Below the pieces are notes generated by a model. It had not been told where the DNA came from and searched no databases. It was given only the letters and a program-made list of their open reading frames with translations. From Actinomycetales bacterium (GTDB taxonomy: Bacteria; Actinomycetota; Actinomycetes; Actinomycetales; CAVURS01): a stretch of DNA of 58,096 nucleotides. Shown here piece after piece: positions 21,553 through 30,670 of this stretch. Position 1 is the first letter of the stretch, and each line of letters begins with the position of its first letter. The translations under genes were made by a program, and so were the position numbers. The stretch is from positions 1 to 58,096 of the forward strand of contig JBJMHS010000077.1 of the NCBI GenBank assembly GCA_045807245.1, in the 5' to 3' direction.

Positions 21553-23075
21553 GCCCGGCCCTCCTCGTTGGTGTTGAGGATCCGCACCTGACGGAAAGTT
21601 GCTGCCGGACAACCATGACTGACCGCTGCGATCTGGCCGGGTTGGCCCTTGCCGCAGTTGAAGGCTCCGCCGAGGACGTACGTCTGCGGTCCACCGACCC
21701 GCGTCATCGACCGCCAGAAGTCGGTCGTCGTGGCCTGGTAGGCGACGTCGCGCAGCATGCCGGCCAGGCGGCCGTGCTCGATGCGGTAGAAGCGCTGCCC
21801 GGTGAACTGGAAGTTGTACCGCTGCATGTCGATCGACCACGACTTGTCGCCGAGGACGTAGATGCCGCGGTCTACGCCAGCGATCAGCTCGTCGGTGGAC
21901 GGCCCACCTTCGGCCGGCTGCAGGCTCACGTTGGCCATGCGCTGGAGCGGCACATGGCCGGCTGAGTCGGCGAACGCGCAGCCGTTGGAGCGCGCGACCC
22001 CGATGCGTTCTGAGTTCTGCCGAGCCATGGCCCGGTCGAGCTGGTAGCCCACGAGCACGCCGTCCCGCACGATGTCCCACGACTGCGTCTGGACGCCTTC
22101 GTCGTCGTACCCCACGGTGGCCAGCGCGTTCGGTGCGGTCCGGTCGCCGGTGACGTGCATGTGCTCGCTGCCGTACTGCAGCGACCCGAGCTGGTCGATC
22201 GTGGCGAAGGACGTGCCGGCGTACGCGGCCTCGTACCCGAGTGCGCGGTCGAGCTCGGTCGCGTGCCCGATCGACTCGTGGATCGTGAGCCACAGGTTGC
22301 TCGGGTCGATGACCAGGTCGTACGTCCCGGCCTCGACGGTGGGCGCCTTGAGCTTCTCGGTGGCGAGGTCGGGCAAGGTGGCCAGCTCCTCGTCCCAGGC
22401 CCACGCACCCTGCTCGGCCGTCCCGACGAGGTACTCCCAGCCGCGCGCGCATCCGGGCGCCAGCGAGCGCATCGTCTCGACGTTCTCGCTGCTCGCGGCG
22501 ACGACGGTGACGTCCGGGTTGAGCCGGACGCGTTGCTGGAGCGTCGTGGTGCCGGCCAGGTCGGCGTAGAACTTCTGCTCCTTCACCGCCATGACCGCCG
22601 CGTCCACGTGGTCCGCTCCGCCCGCCATCAGCCGGGCCGACCAGCTCGACAGGAGTTCCGCTCGCTCGGCCGAGGGCACGTCGAACGGGTCGGTCACGTA
22701 CTCGGAGACCCACTCCACGTCGGCGTGCACCGGCTCGTCGGCCAGCTCGACCCGTTCGCTGGCCAGGGGCGTGCTGACCCGGGCCAGCGCGACGGCCTGC
22801 TCGGCCGCCTCGACCGCGGCCCGGGCCGTGAGGTCGGTCGCCGCCGCAAAACCCCACACACCGTCGACCAGGACGCGCACCGCCAGGCCGGTGTCCGTGT
22901 CGTCACCGCTGGCCGCCAGCCGCCCGTCGCGCAGGTGCACGGCCGAGGAGCGGACCCGCTCGACCCTGAGGTCGGCATGGCCGGCACCGAGCTCGCGGGC
23001 CCGGGTCAGGGCGGAGTCGGCCAGGTTTCGCAGGGGAAGGGCGCTGAAGTCCTCGTCAACCGAACGGGTGGTCAC
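21549..23075 (-). CDS. tldD: TldD metallopeptidase
   Basis: HESIGHATE zinc motif, NCGKGQPGQ...VSHGCP; TAGGTT 6 nt before GTG 23075. Confidence 0.9.
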   Translation of the reverse strand: MTTRSVDEDFSALPLRNLADSALTRARELGAGHADLRVERVRSSAVHLRDGRLAASGDDTDTGLAVRVLVDGVWGFAAATDLTARAAVEAAEQAVALARVSTPLASERVELADEPVHADVEWVSEYVTDPFDVPSAERAELLSSWSARLMAGGADHVDAAVMAVKEQKFYADLAGTTTLQQRVRLNPDVTVVAASSENVETMRSLAPGCARGWEYLVGTAEQGAWAWDEELATLPDLATEKLKAPTVEAGTYDLVIDPSNLWLTIHESIGHATELDRALGYEAAYAGTSFATIDQLGSLQYGSEHMHVTGDRTAPNALATVGYDDEGVQTQSWDIVRDGVLVGYQLDRAMARQNSERIGVARSNGCAFADSAGHVPLQRMANVSLQPAEGGPSTDELIAGVDRGIYVLGDKSWSIDMQRYNFQFTGQRFYRIEHGRLAGMLRDVAYQATTTDFWRSMTRVGGPQTYVLGGAFNCGKGQPGQIAAVSHGCPAATFRQVRILNTNEEGRA

Positions 23076-23084
23076 GACCAAAAC

Positions 23085-24053
23085 CTACCGACGCGCTCGT
23101 ACGTCGAGGACGAGCTTGCCGGCCGTACGTCGGGAGCGGAGGTCCTGGTGAGCGCGAGCCGCGTCGGCCAGTGGGTAGTGCCCGCCGTCGAGCACCCGCA
23201 GGCCGCCGCTGCCCGCGAGGGCCAGGAGCTCCTCCATCGCCGGGCCGATCCCGTGCCGGCGCCGCAGGGCCTGGACCAGCCAGAAACCGATGACCGCCCG
23301 GCTCGTCCTCATCAGCGCGGTGGCGCTGACCGGCGTCGGGCCCCGGCGGGACGCGAGGCCATAGGTGACCAGCCGGCCGAACGGTGCCAACGCGGCCAGC
23401 GAGCCGTCGAAGACTGCACCGCCGGTCATCTCCAGTACGACGTCGACGGGGCGGCCTTCGTTGGCCTGGACCAGCCGTTCGCGCACGGTCTCGGCGTCGA
23501 CGCCGCTCACGTCGACGGTCACGTCAGCGCCGAGGTCACGAGCGACGTGGCGCTTCTCCTCCGATGACGCTGTGCCGATGACCCGGCCGGCACCCCAGAT
23601 CCGGGCCAGCTGGACGGCCAGGCTCCCGACGCCGCCGGCCGCCGAGATGACCACGACGCTCTCGGTCGGCTCCATCCGGGCGCTGGTGCGCAGCAGGTGC
23701 CAGGCCGTCGTCCCTTGCAGCACCAGGGCGAGCGCCGTCACGTCGTCGACCGTCTCGGGCAGCGGGAAGGTGACGGACGGGTGGGCGAGGGCGCGCTCGG
23801 CGTACCCCCCGTTGCCGAGCAGCGCGACGACCCGGTGACCGTCCGGGTCGGTCCCCACGACCTCGGCGCCCGGGATGAGCGGCAGCTGCTGCCGGGCCAG
23901 GTAGCTGTCCTCCGCCTGGTGCGTGTCCGCGTAGTTGACCCCGGCCGTCGTGACCTCGATGGGGACCAGACCCGCGACCGGCTCGGGGTCGGCGACCTCG
24001 GCCAGCTGGAGCACCTCCGGGCCGCCGAACCGCTCGATCTGGATTGCGCGCAT
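23085..24053 (-). CDS. NADPH:quinone oxidoreductase (MDR/zeta-crystallin family)
   Basis: FGGPEVL, AGVNYAD, AAGGVG, TAGKLVL. Confidence 0.88.
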   Translation of the reverse strand: MRAIQIERFGGPEVLQLAEVADPEPVAGLVPIEVTTAGVNYADTHQAEDSYLARQQLPLIPGAEVVGTDPDGHRVVALLGNGGYAERALAHPSVTFPLPETVDDVTALALVLQGTTAWHLLRTSARMEPTESVVVISAAGGVGSLAVQLARIWGAGRVIGTASSEEKRHVARDLGADVTVDVSGVDAETVRERLVQANEGRPVDVVLEMTGGAVFDGSLAALAPFGRLVTYGLASRRGPTPVSATALMRTSRAVIGFWLVQALRRRHGIGPAMEELLALAGSGGLRVLDGGHYPLADAARAHQDLRSRRTAGKLVLDVRARR

Positions 24054-24104
24054 CGCCGCAACCTAGCTGTAGCCGGGCCGGGCTGAGCCGATAGCGTCGC
24101 CCGC

Positions 24105-24830
24105 ATGGCCGAACCCCGCAGCGTCCTGGTCACCGGCGGCAACCGCGGGCTGGGGCACGCGATCGCCCAGGCCTTCCTCGAGGACGGCGACCGGGTGGCC
24201 TTCACCTATCGCACCGGAGAGCCACCCGAGGACCTGGTCAAGCTCGGCGGGCTCCCGGTGACCTGCGAGGTCACCGACACGGCGTCGGTGGACGCGGCCT
24301 TCGCAGCGGCCGAGGAGGCGAACGGTCCGGTGGAGGTGCTGGTCGCCAACGCGGGCATCACTCGCGACGGGCTGCTGATGCGGATGAGCGACGACGACTT
24401 CGAGTCGGTCGTGGACGCGAACCTCGGTGGTGCGTTCCGCTGTGTCCGGCGCGCCAGCAAGGGCATGATCCGGCTGCGCCGGGGCCGCATCGTGCTGATC
24501 TCCAGCGTCGTCGGGCTGTACGGCTCTCCGGGACAGACCAACTACGCCGCCAGCAAGGCCGGGCTGGTCGGCCTGGCTCGGTCGGTGACTCGCGAGCTCG
24601 GCGGCCGCGGGATCACCGCCAACGTGGTCGCGCCGGGGTTCGTGGAGACGGACATGACAGCGGCGCTGGCCGAGGACCTGCAGAAGTCCTACCTCGGCGC
24701 GATACCCGCCGGCCGGTTCGCCACCCCGGCCGAGGTCGCACAGGTGGTGCGGTTCGTGGCGAGTGACGCGGCCGCGTACATCAGCGGTGCGGTCGTACCG
24801 GTCGACGGCGGTCTCGGGATGGGGCACTGA
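24105..24830 (+). CDS. fabG: 3-oxoacyl-ACP reductase FabG
   Basis: TGGNRGLG, NAGITRD, YAASK, VDGGLGMGH. Confidence 0.93.
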   Translation: MAEPRSVLVTGGNRGLGHAIAQAFLEDGDRVAFTYRTGEPPEDLVKLGGLPVTCEVTDTASVDAAFAAAEEANGPVEVLVANAGITRDGLLMRMSDDDFESVVDANLGGAFRCVRRASKGMIRLRRGRIVLISSVVGLYGSPGQTNYAASKAGLVGLARSVTRELGGRGITANVVAPGFVETDMTAALAEDLQKSYLGAIPAGRFATPAEVAQVVRFVASDAAAYISGAVVPVDGGLGMGH

Positions 24831-24831
24831 C

Positions 24832-25593
24832 ATGGCACTGCTCGACGGCAAGCGGCTGCTCATCACCGGTCTGCTGACCGATGCGTCCATCGCGTTCCAC
24901 GTCGCGAAGCTGGCGCAGGAGGAGGGCGCGACCGTCGTCCTGACCAGCTTCGGCCGGACGATGAAGATCACCCAGACCATCGCGCGGCGCCTGCCGCAGA
25001 CGCCACCGGTCGTCGAGCTCGACGTGCAGGACCAGGGACATCTGGACGCCTTGGCCGACAACCTGCGGGAACACGTCGACGGCCTGGACGGTGTCGTGCA
25101 CTCGATCGGGTTCGCCCCGGCCGGTGCGTTCAACTTCCTCGAGGGCACGTGGGACGACGTGTCGACCGCGATCCACGTCTCGGCGTACTCACTGAAATCC
25201 CTTGCGGTGGCAGCACTTCCACTCATGGGCCCCGGCGGGAGCATCGTCGGCCTGACCTTCGACGCGTCGTACGCCTGGCCGGTCTACGACTGGATGGGAG
25301 TGGCCAAGGCAGCCTTCGAGTCCACGGCGCGGTACCTCGCGCGCGACCTGGGCCCGAAAGGCGTACGGGTCAACCTGGTCTCGGCCGGCCCGATCCGTAC
25401 GACGGCCGCCAAGTCGATCCCGGGCTTCGCCACGTTCGAGGACAGCTGGGGCGAGCGGGCACCGCTCGGCTGGGACGTCCGTGACCCGGAGCCGGCCGCG
25501 CGGGGCTGTGTCGCGCTCCTGTCCGACTGGTTCCCGGCGACGACCGCGGAGATTGTGCACGTCGACGGCGGCGTCCACGCGATGGGGTACTAG
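24832..25593 (+). CDS. fabI: Enoyl-ACP reductase FabI (InhA-like)
   Basis: ASIAFHVA, HSIGFAP, YDWMGVAK, VSAGPIRT. Confidence 0.93.
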   Translation: MALLDGKRLLITGLLTDASIAFHVAKLAQEEGATVVLTSFGRTMKITQTIARRLPQTPPVVELDVQDQGHLDALADNLREHVDGLDGVVHSIGFAPAGAFNFLEGTWDDVSTAIHVSAYSLKSLAVAALPLMGPGGSIVGLTFDASYAWPVYDWMGVAKAAFESTARYLARDLGPKGVRVNLVSAGPIRTTAAKSIPGFATFEDSWGERAPLGWDVRDPEPAARGCVALLSDWFPATTAEIVHVDGGVHAMGY

Positions 25594-25608
25594 GAGGCGG
25601 GTACGGCG

Positions 25609-26115
25609 ATGGCCACGCGAACGTTGCTGGTCGTCCGGCACGCGAAGTCGGACTGGGACACGGACGCGCCGGACCACGAGCGCCCCATCAATGCGCGCGG
25701 TCGGCGCGAGGCTCCCAAGCTCGGCCGGTTGCTCGACGACGCCGGGTTGAAGCCTGACCTGGTGGTGTGCTCGGACGCGACACGGGCCCAGCAGACCTGG
25801 CAGCTGGCCTCCGCCGCCTGGTCCGACCCGCCGCCCGTGCAGGTGGAGCCGGGGCTGTACGACGCGAGCCGGTCCGAGGTGCTGACCGTCATCAACGAGA
25901 CCCCGGACGACGTGTCCGTGCTGGCCTGCGTGGGCCACGAACCGACGAGCAGTGCGCTGGTGTCCGTCCTGGCCGGGGAGGCGGACGAGGACGCGGCGCG
26001 GGTGCTGGCGGGCGGCCTGAAGACGGCGTGCGCGGCCGTACTGACCTTCGAGGGGCCGTGGTCCGGCCTCGAGCCGGGCGGTGCGCGGCTGGTCCGGGTG
26101 GTCTCCCCGCGATGA
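25609..26115 (+). CDS. SixA-type histidine phosphatase
   Basis: RHAKSDW, DHERP, RAQQT, VGHEP; AGGAGG RBS. Confidence 0.88.
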   Translation: MATRTLLVVRHAKSDWDTDAPDHERPINARGRREAPKLGRLLDDAGLKPDLVVCSDATRAQQTWQLASAAWSDPPPVQVEPGLYDASRSEVLTVINETPDDVSVLACVGHEPTSSALVSVLAGEADEDAARVLAGGLKTACAAVLTFEGPWSGLEPGGARLVRVVSPR

Positions 26116-26495
26116 CGTCCGCCGCGTCGCCGGGCGGGCCGGGCCGCACGCCCAAGGGCACGTTCGCACGGACCGTCGAGCCGCCGTACGTCGCGGTGAT
26201 CTTCACGTCGACCAGGACCTCTCACGACGCCGACGGGTACGGCCGGATGGCCGAGGCCATGGAGGAGCTGGCGGCGCAGCAGCCGGGCTACCTGGGCATC
26301 GAGGCGGCGCGCGAGGACCTCGGGATCACCGTCTCGTACTGGGTGGACGAGCAGTCGGCGCAGGCCTGGAAGGGCGTCGCCGCGCATCTGGCCGCCCAGC
26401 GGCGCGGGCGGGAGCGCTGGTACGTCGACTACCGGGTGCGCATCGCGACGGTGACCCGGGACTACGGCCGGGCGACCTCAGACCTGGACCTCTGA
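26112..26495 (+). CDS. ABM (antibiotic biosynthesis monooxygenase) domain protein
   Basis: PPYVAVIFTS, QPGYLGIE, GITVSYW; ATGA overlap with upstream gene. Confidence 0.85.
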   Translation: MTSAASPGGPGRTPKGTFARTVEPPYVAVIFTSTRTSHDADGYGRMAEAMEELAAQQPGYLGIEAAREDLGITVSYWVDEQSAQAWKGVAAHLAAQRRGRERWYVDYRVRIATVTRDYGRATSDLDL

Positions 26496-26500
26496 CCCCT

Positions 26501-26546
26501 GAATGGCCCCGACTGCCCTCTCCTGGCGGGCGAGTAGGGCCACTCA
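26501..26546 (+). repeat. Left inverted repeat (internally palindromic) flanking the DUF559 gene
   Basis: GAATGGCCCCGACTGCCCTCTCCTGGCGGGCGAGTAGGGCCACTCA; 35/46 ungapped identity to reverse complement of 27503-27548. Confidence 0.85.
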
Positions 26547-26605
26547 CTGTTCACAGTCGGCGTTACAGACCCGCGAGGCCGACGTCGGCCGATGCAGGAT
26601 GATCC

Positions 26606-27502
26606 GTGCTCGAACCGCAACCGCCGCCGGACGCGGACTTCCAGGGCGGGGTCTTCACCCGGAGGCAGGCCTACGCCGCCGGACACTCGACCCGCCAGGT
26701 CCGGCGTTGGCTCGAGCTGGGGAAGTGGAAGGTCGTGGCCGGAGCGGCGATCGGTCCGGCGGGTCTCAACGTCGGACCAGAGCAGCTCAGCCACTCCGTC
26801 CTTCTGTCGTGGTCCGCAGCCGTGATCAGCCACGAATGTGCCGGTGCCTTGCACGGGTTTCCGGTCGATCCGCACGGAATCGGTACGGCGATCGTGGAGC
26901 CGCACCGAGGATTGGTGGCGCACAATCTCCGTGCCCATCGCATGCCACTCAGCCAGCGCGCCGTTGTATGGCGCGCGGGGATCCCGCTCACCGACCGGCG
27001 TCGTACAGCGATCGACCTCCTCGCCACCTTGGGATGGGACGACTGCCGCGACCTGACCGCCTGGCTGGTCACGCGACGGATCATCACCAGTGACCATCTC
27101 GATCAGGCGCTCGATGCAATGGCCGGCAGGCCGGGTGCTCGCCAAGTACGCCGACTGGCGGCCTTGGTGCGGCGGGGTTCCCTGAGTGCCGGCGAGGATC
27201 TGTTGCACGAGGTGCTGGTCGAGATGCGGCTCACGGGTTGGGTCGCGAATGCGCCGATCAGCGTCGGCGGTCGCATCGTCGCCGTGGTAGACGTGCTCGT
27301 GGAGAACTGTCGACTGGTCCTGCAGGTCGACGGATGGAGAGCGCACGGGGGCCGGGCTTCGTTTCAGCGCGACCGAACTCAGCAGAACCTGCTCGTGTCG
27401 GCCGGATACGTCGTCCTGCGGTTCACCTGGGCGGACCTGACGGAGCGCCGAGCGCAGGTGGAGCGCACGATCCGACTGGCCGTCGAGAGGGCAAGCCCGT
27501 GA
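26606..27502 (+). CDS. AbiEi-like N-terminal wHTH + DUF559 (Vsr-like endonuclease) domain protein
   Basis: N-terminal GVFTRRQAYAAG..VRRWLELGKW; C-terminal VDVL..LVLQVDGWRAH..DRTQQNLL..GYVVLRFTW; visibly more A/T-ending codons than neighbours. Confidence 0.82.
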   Translation: MLEPQPPPDADFQGGVFTRRQAYAAGHSTRQVRRWLELGKWKVVAGAAIGPAGLNVGPEQLSHSVLLSWSAAVISHECAGALHGFPVDPHGIGTAIVEPHRGLVAHNLRAHRMPLSQRAVVWRAGIPLTDRRRTAIDLLATLGWDDCRDLTAWLVTRRIITSDHLDQALDAMAGRPGARQVRRLAALVRRGSLSAGEDLLHEVLVEMRLTGWVANAPISVGGRIVAVVDVLVENCRLVLQVDGWRAHGGRASFQRDRTQQNLLVSAGYVVLRFTWADLTERRAQVERTIRLAVERASP

Positions 27503-27548
27503 TGAGTGGCCTCGGTTGCCCGTCAGGGAAGGGCGTTCGGGGCCTTTC
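27503..27548 (-). repeat. Right inverted repeat (internally palindromic) flanking the DUF559 gene
   Basis: TGAGTGGCCTCGGTTGCCCGTCAGGGAAGGGCGTTCGGGGCCTTTC begins immediately after the stop codon. Confidence 0.85.
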
Positions 27549-27556
27549 GCGCGGGG

Positions 27557-28747
27557 TCATCCCTCGGCGTCGGCGGCCTCGATCTCCTCGCGGGTGATGC
27601 CGAGCAGGAAGAGCACGGCGTCGAGGTACGGCACGTTGACGGACGTGTCGGCCTGTTCCCGCACGACCGGTTTGGCGTTGAAGGCCACCCCGAGCCCGGC
27701 GGCGGCCAGCATGTCCAGGTCGTTGGCGCCGTCCCCGACCGCGATGGTGCGCGACATCGGCAGTCCTTCCAGCTCGGCGAACCGGCGCAGCGCCGCGGCC
27801 TTGCCCGCGCGGTCGAGCACCTCGCCGACCACGCGACCGGTGAGCACGCCGTCGACCACCTCCAGGCGGTTCGCCTGCACGTGCGCGATGCCGAGCTCGG
27901 CGGCCAGGGGCTGGACCACCTCGACGAACCCGCCGGACACGAGGGCGACCGAGAACCCCAGTCGCTTGAGCGTCCGGACCAGCGTGCGCGCCCCCGGGGT
28001 GAGCCGGACCGCCGCGCGAACCTCGTCCAGGACGGACGACGGCAGCCCGGTCAGTGCAGCCACCCGCTCGTGCAGGCTCTGCGCGAAGTCGAGCTCGCCC
28101 CGCATGGCCCGCTCGGTGACCGCGGCGACCTGCTCGACCCGCCCGGCGTGCCGCGCGAGCAGCTCGATGACCTCGTCCTGGATCAGCGTCGAGTCCACGT
28201 CCATCACGACGAGCCGGCGGCCGCGCCGGGCCAGGCCGGCGGGTGAGACGGCCACGTCCACCGCGCGAGACGCGGCCTCGAGCGCGAGCTCTCGGCGCAG
28301 CTCGTCGACGTCAGCCACCGACGAGACGTCCAGCTCCAGGGTGCTGACCGGGTAGCGGGACAGGCGGCGGATCCGGTCGATGTTGGCGCCGCGGGCGGCG
28401 AGCACGCTGGCGATCGAGGAGACGGCGATGGGCCGCAGCGGTGCGCCGATCAGGGTCACGTGCAGGGCCAGTCCGGACCGCGGCTGGTTGTCGCCCTGCC
28501 CGGCGATGCAGCTGACCGACATGCCGAGCGACCGGCCGGCAGCCGTCGCCGCCGCGCTGAGCGAGCCCTCCTGGTTGCCGGCCGAGACCAGGACGCCGAG
28601 GGTCAGCCGGCCCCGCACCACGACCTGTTCGACGTCGAGCACCTCGACTCCGGGCGCCGACAACGCCTCGAACATCGTCGACGTGACGCCGGGCCGGTCG
28701 GCGCCGGTGACCGTCACGAGCAGCGTGCGTGGGGCTGGTTCGGCCAC
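27557..28747 (-). CDS. serB: Phosphoserine phosphatase SerB with ACT domains
   Basis: GADRPGVT ACT domain, MDVDSTLI HAD motif I, VSGGF, GDGANDL. Confidence 0.94.
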   Translation of the reverse strand: MAEPAPRTLLVTVTGADRPGVTSTMFEALSAPGVEVLDVEQVVVRGRLTLGVLVSAGNQEGSLSAAATAAGRSLGMSVSCIAGQGDNQPRSGLALHVTLIGAPLRPIAVSSIASVLAARGANIDRIRRLSRYPVSTLELDVSSVADVDELRRELALEAASRAVDVAVSPAGLARRGRRLVVMDVDSTLIQDEVIELLARHAGRVEQVAAVTERAMRGELDFAQSLHERVAALTGLPSSVLDEVRAAVRLTPGARTLVRTLKRLGFSVALVSGGFVEVVQPLAAELGIAHVQANRLEVVDGVLTGRVVGEVLDRAGKAAALRRFAELEGLPMSRTIAVGDGANDLDMLAAAGLGVAFNAKPVVREQADTSVNVPYLDAVLFLLGITREEIEAADAEG

Positions 28748-28780
28748 GCGCCGACCCTAGCGAGGCGCGTGGGGAGGCCC

Positions 28781-29215
28781 TCACCTTTCGGGGCGGCCGA
28801 GCCAGTCCAGGACCGTATGCAGGTTCTGCCTCAGGTCGATCGCGCGCGGCAGCTCGCTGTCGGGCGGTGGCAGCCGGTGCCGGCCCGGTGGGCGGCTCGG
28901 CAGGTGTGAGGCACCGCGTACGTCGAGCTGCACACCGAACGGCGGGGGCTCTCCCTGCAACGGCCAACGCGGGCGGGCCCGGCGCTCGTGGTGCCGCGAG
29001 GGCAGGCCGGGCCGGACCGGCAGCGGCTGGTCCAAGAAGTGCTCGGGGAGGTGAGCCAGAGGGCACAGCGCCTCGCGGCGGGCGAGGACGGCCGCGACGA
29101 GGTCCGCGTAGGCGGTCGCGTCAGCCGCCCGGCCCACCCAGCGTTCGGCGGCCTCGGCCACCGCGCCGTCCAGGTGCGCCCGGACAGCATCGGGCCCGAG
29201 CGGAGCGTCCTCCAT
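28781..29215 (-). CDS. Hypothetical protein
   Basis: Fills serB-glgC gap; helical-looking N-terminus (AVRAHLDGAVAEAAERW..AYADLVAAVLARR); CACGAT 7 nt before ATG. Confidence 0.45.
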   Translation of the reverse strand: MEDAPLGPDAVRAHLDGAVAEAAERWVGRAADATAYADLVAAVLARREALCPLAHLPEHFLDQPLPVRPGLPSRHHERRARPRWPLQGEPPPFGVQLDVRGASHLPSRPPGRHRLPPPDSELPRAIDLRQNLHTVLDWLGRPER

Positions 29216-29342
29216 GACCCGCATCGTGCGGCCGCGCGTGACCGCTCGTGACCGCCTTCGCGGCCTGTCATCCGCTTGCGCGCCCGCTCAACCCAACGTC
29301 GTTACAGAAGGTCACAGTCCTACGGCGGTGAGCAACGCCGGG

Positions 29343-30596
29343 TCAGGGCTGCACCGTCTGGCCCTTGCCGATCACGACCAGGCCCGAGTCGGTGACCGTC
29401 AGGCCTCGGGCCCGGTCCTCCTCGGGGTCCAGCCCGATCCGCGCGTTCTCGGGGATGACGACGTTCTTGTCGATGATCGCGCGGCGCACGACGGCGTGCC
29501 GGCCGATCTCGACCCCGTCCAGCAGCACGCTGTCGGTGACCGTGGCCCAGGAGTGGATCTTCGTCCCCGGCCCCATGACCGAGGTTTCGACCAGCGCACC
29601 GCTGACGACGACGCCCGGCGAGACGATCGAGTTGACGGCGCTGCCGACCCGCCCGTGCCAGCCGTGGACGAACTTGGCCGGCGGGTAGGGCCCGACGTCG
29701 GTGAAGATCGGCCACTCGTAGTTGTAGAGGTTGAAGACCGGTTGCACCGCAACGAGATCCTGGTGCGCCTCGTAGTAGGAGTCCATCGTCCCGACGTCGC
29801 GCCAGTAGTCCTTGTCGCGCTCCTCGGACCCCGGCACGGTGTTGTCCTTGAAGTCGTACACCGCCGCCTCACCGCGCGCGGCGAAGGCGGGCATGATGTC
29901 GCCGCCCATGTCGTGCTTGGTGTCCTCGGCGTCCGCGTCTTTGGTCACCTGGTCGACCAGCGCCTTGGCGTCGAACACGTAGTTGCCCATCGACGCGAGG
30001 ATCTCGTCGGGGTTGTCGGCCAGCGGCGTCGGGTCGGTTGGCTTCTCCAGGAACTCCCGGATGCGCGCCGGGTCGTTCGGCTCGACGTCGATCACGCCGA
30101 ACTGGTCCGACATCGAGATGGGCTGGCGGATGGCGGCAACCGTTGCCGCAGCGCCGGACTCGATGTGCGCCTCCACCATCTGGGAGAAGTCCATCCGGTA
30201 CACGTGGTCGGCGCCGACGACGACGACGATGTCGGGCTGCTCGTCGTGGACCAGGTTGAGGCTCTGGTAGATCGCGTCGGCGCTGCCGAGGTACCAGTGC
30301 TTGCCGACCCGCTGCTGGGCCGGCACCGGCGCGATGTAGTTGCCCAGGATGTTCGACATCCGCCAGGCCTTGGCGATGTGCCGGTCGAGGCTGTGCGACT
30401 TGTACTGGGTCAGCACGACGACCTTGAGGAAGCGCGAGTTCACGACGTTCGACAGCGCGAAGTCGATGAGCCGGTAGATGCCGCCGAACGGCACTGCGGG
30501 CTTGGCGCGGTCGGCCGTGAGCGGCATCAGTCGCTTGCCCTCGCCGCCGGCCAGGACGATGGCCAGGACCTTCGTCGGGCGCCTCGTCGTCACCAT
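29343..30596 (-). CDS. glgC: Glucose-1-phosphate adenylyltransferase
   Basis: [40 protein letters not shown]. Confidence 0.96.
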   Translation of the reverse strand: MVTTRRPTKVLAIVLAGGEGKRLMPLTADRAKPAVPFGGIYRLIDFALSNVVNSRFLKVVVLTQYKSHSLDRHIAKAWRMSNILGNYIAPVPAQQRVGKHWYLGSADAIYQSLNLVHDEQPDIVVVVGADHVYRMDFSQMVEAHIESGAAATVAAIRQPISMSDQFGVIDVEPNDPARIREFLEKPTDPTPLADNPDEILASMGNYVFDAKALVDQVTKDADAEDTKHDMGGDIMPAFAARGEAAVYDFKDNTVPGSEERDKDYWRDVGTMDSYYEAHQDLVAVQPVFNLYNYEWPIFTDVGPYPPAKFVHGWHGRVGSAVNSIVSPGVVVSGALVETSVMGPGTKIHSWATVTDSVLLDGVEIGRHAVVRRAIIDKNVVIPENARIGLDPEEDRARGLTVTDSGLVVIGKGQTVQP

Positions 30597-30670
30597 GGCT
30601 GGACCCTACGAGCCTTCCCGTTCCGTGGCGAGCGGTGTCCCGGTCAGGGGCGCCGCACTACGGTGACGCC

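Larger units (their letters stand above)
26501..27548. mobile_element. Putative single-gene element: inverted repeats enclosing AbiEi/DUF559 gene
   Basis: Terminal inverted repeats, compositional contrast, location between two convergent stop codons; no transposase and no clear target duplication. Confidence 0.5.

Noticed and set aside
20167..22857. Apparent 896-aa TldE protein, and similar N-extended ORFs (8295..9845, 17515..19449, 53273..56110)
   Set aside because: Extensions run through neighbouring genes in non-coding frames; real starts are marked by ATGA/GTGA overlaps or -10 boxes
20167..23075. tldD/tldE as part of a RiPP biosynthetic cluster
   Set aside because: No precursor peptide, YcaO or other modifying enzyme nearby; housekeeping context
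26606..27502. Type IV toxin-antitoxin (AbiE) operon or classical IS element
   Set aside because: No AbiEii nucleotidyltransferase gene, no DDE/HUH/serine transposase motifs and no clear target-site duplication
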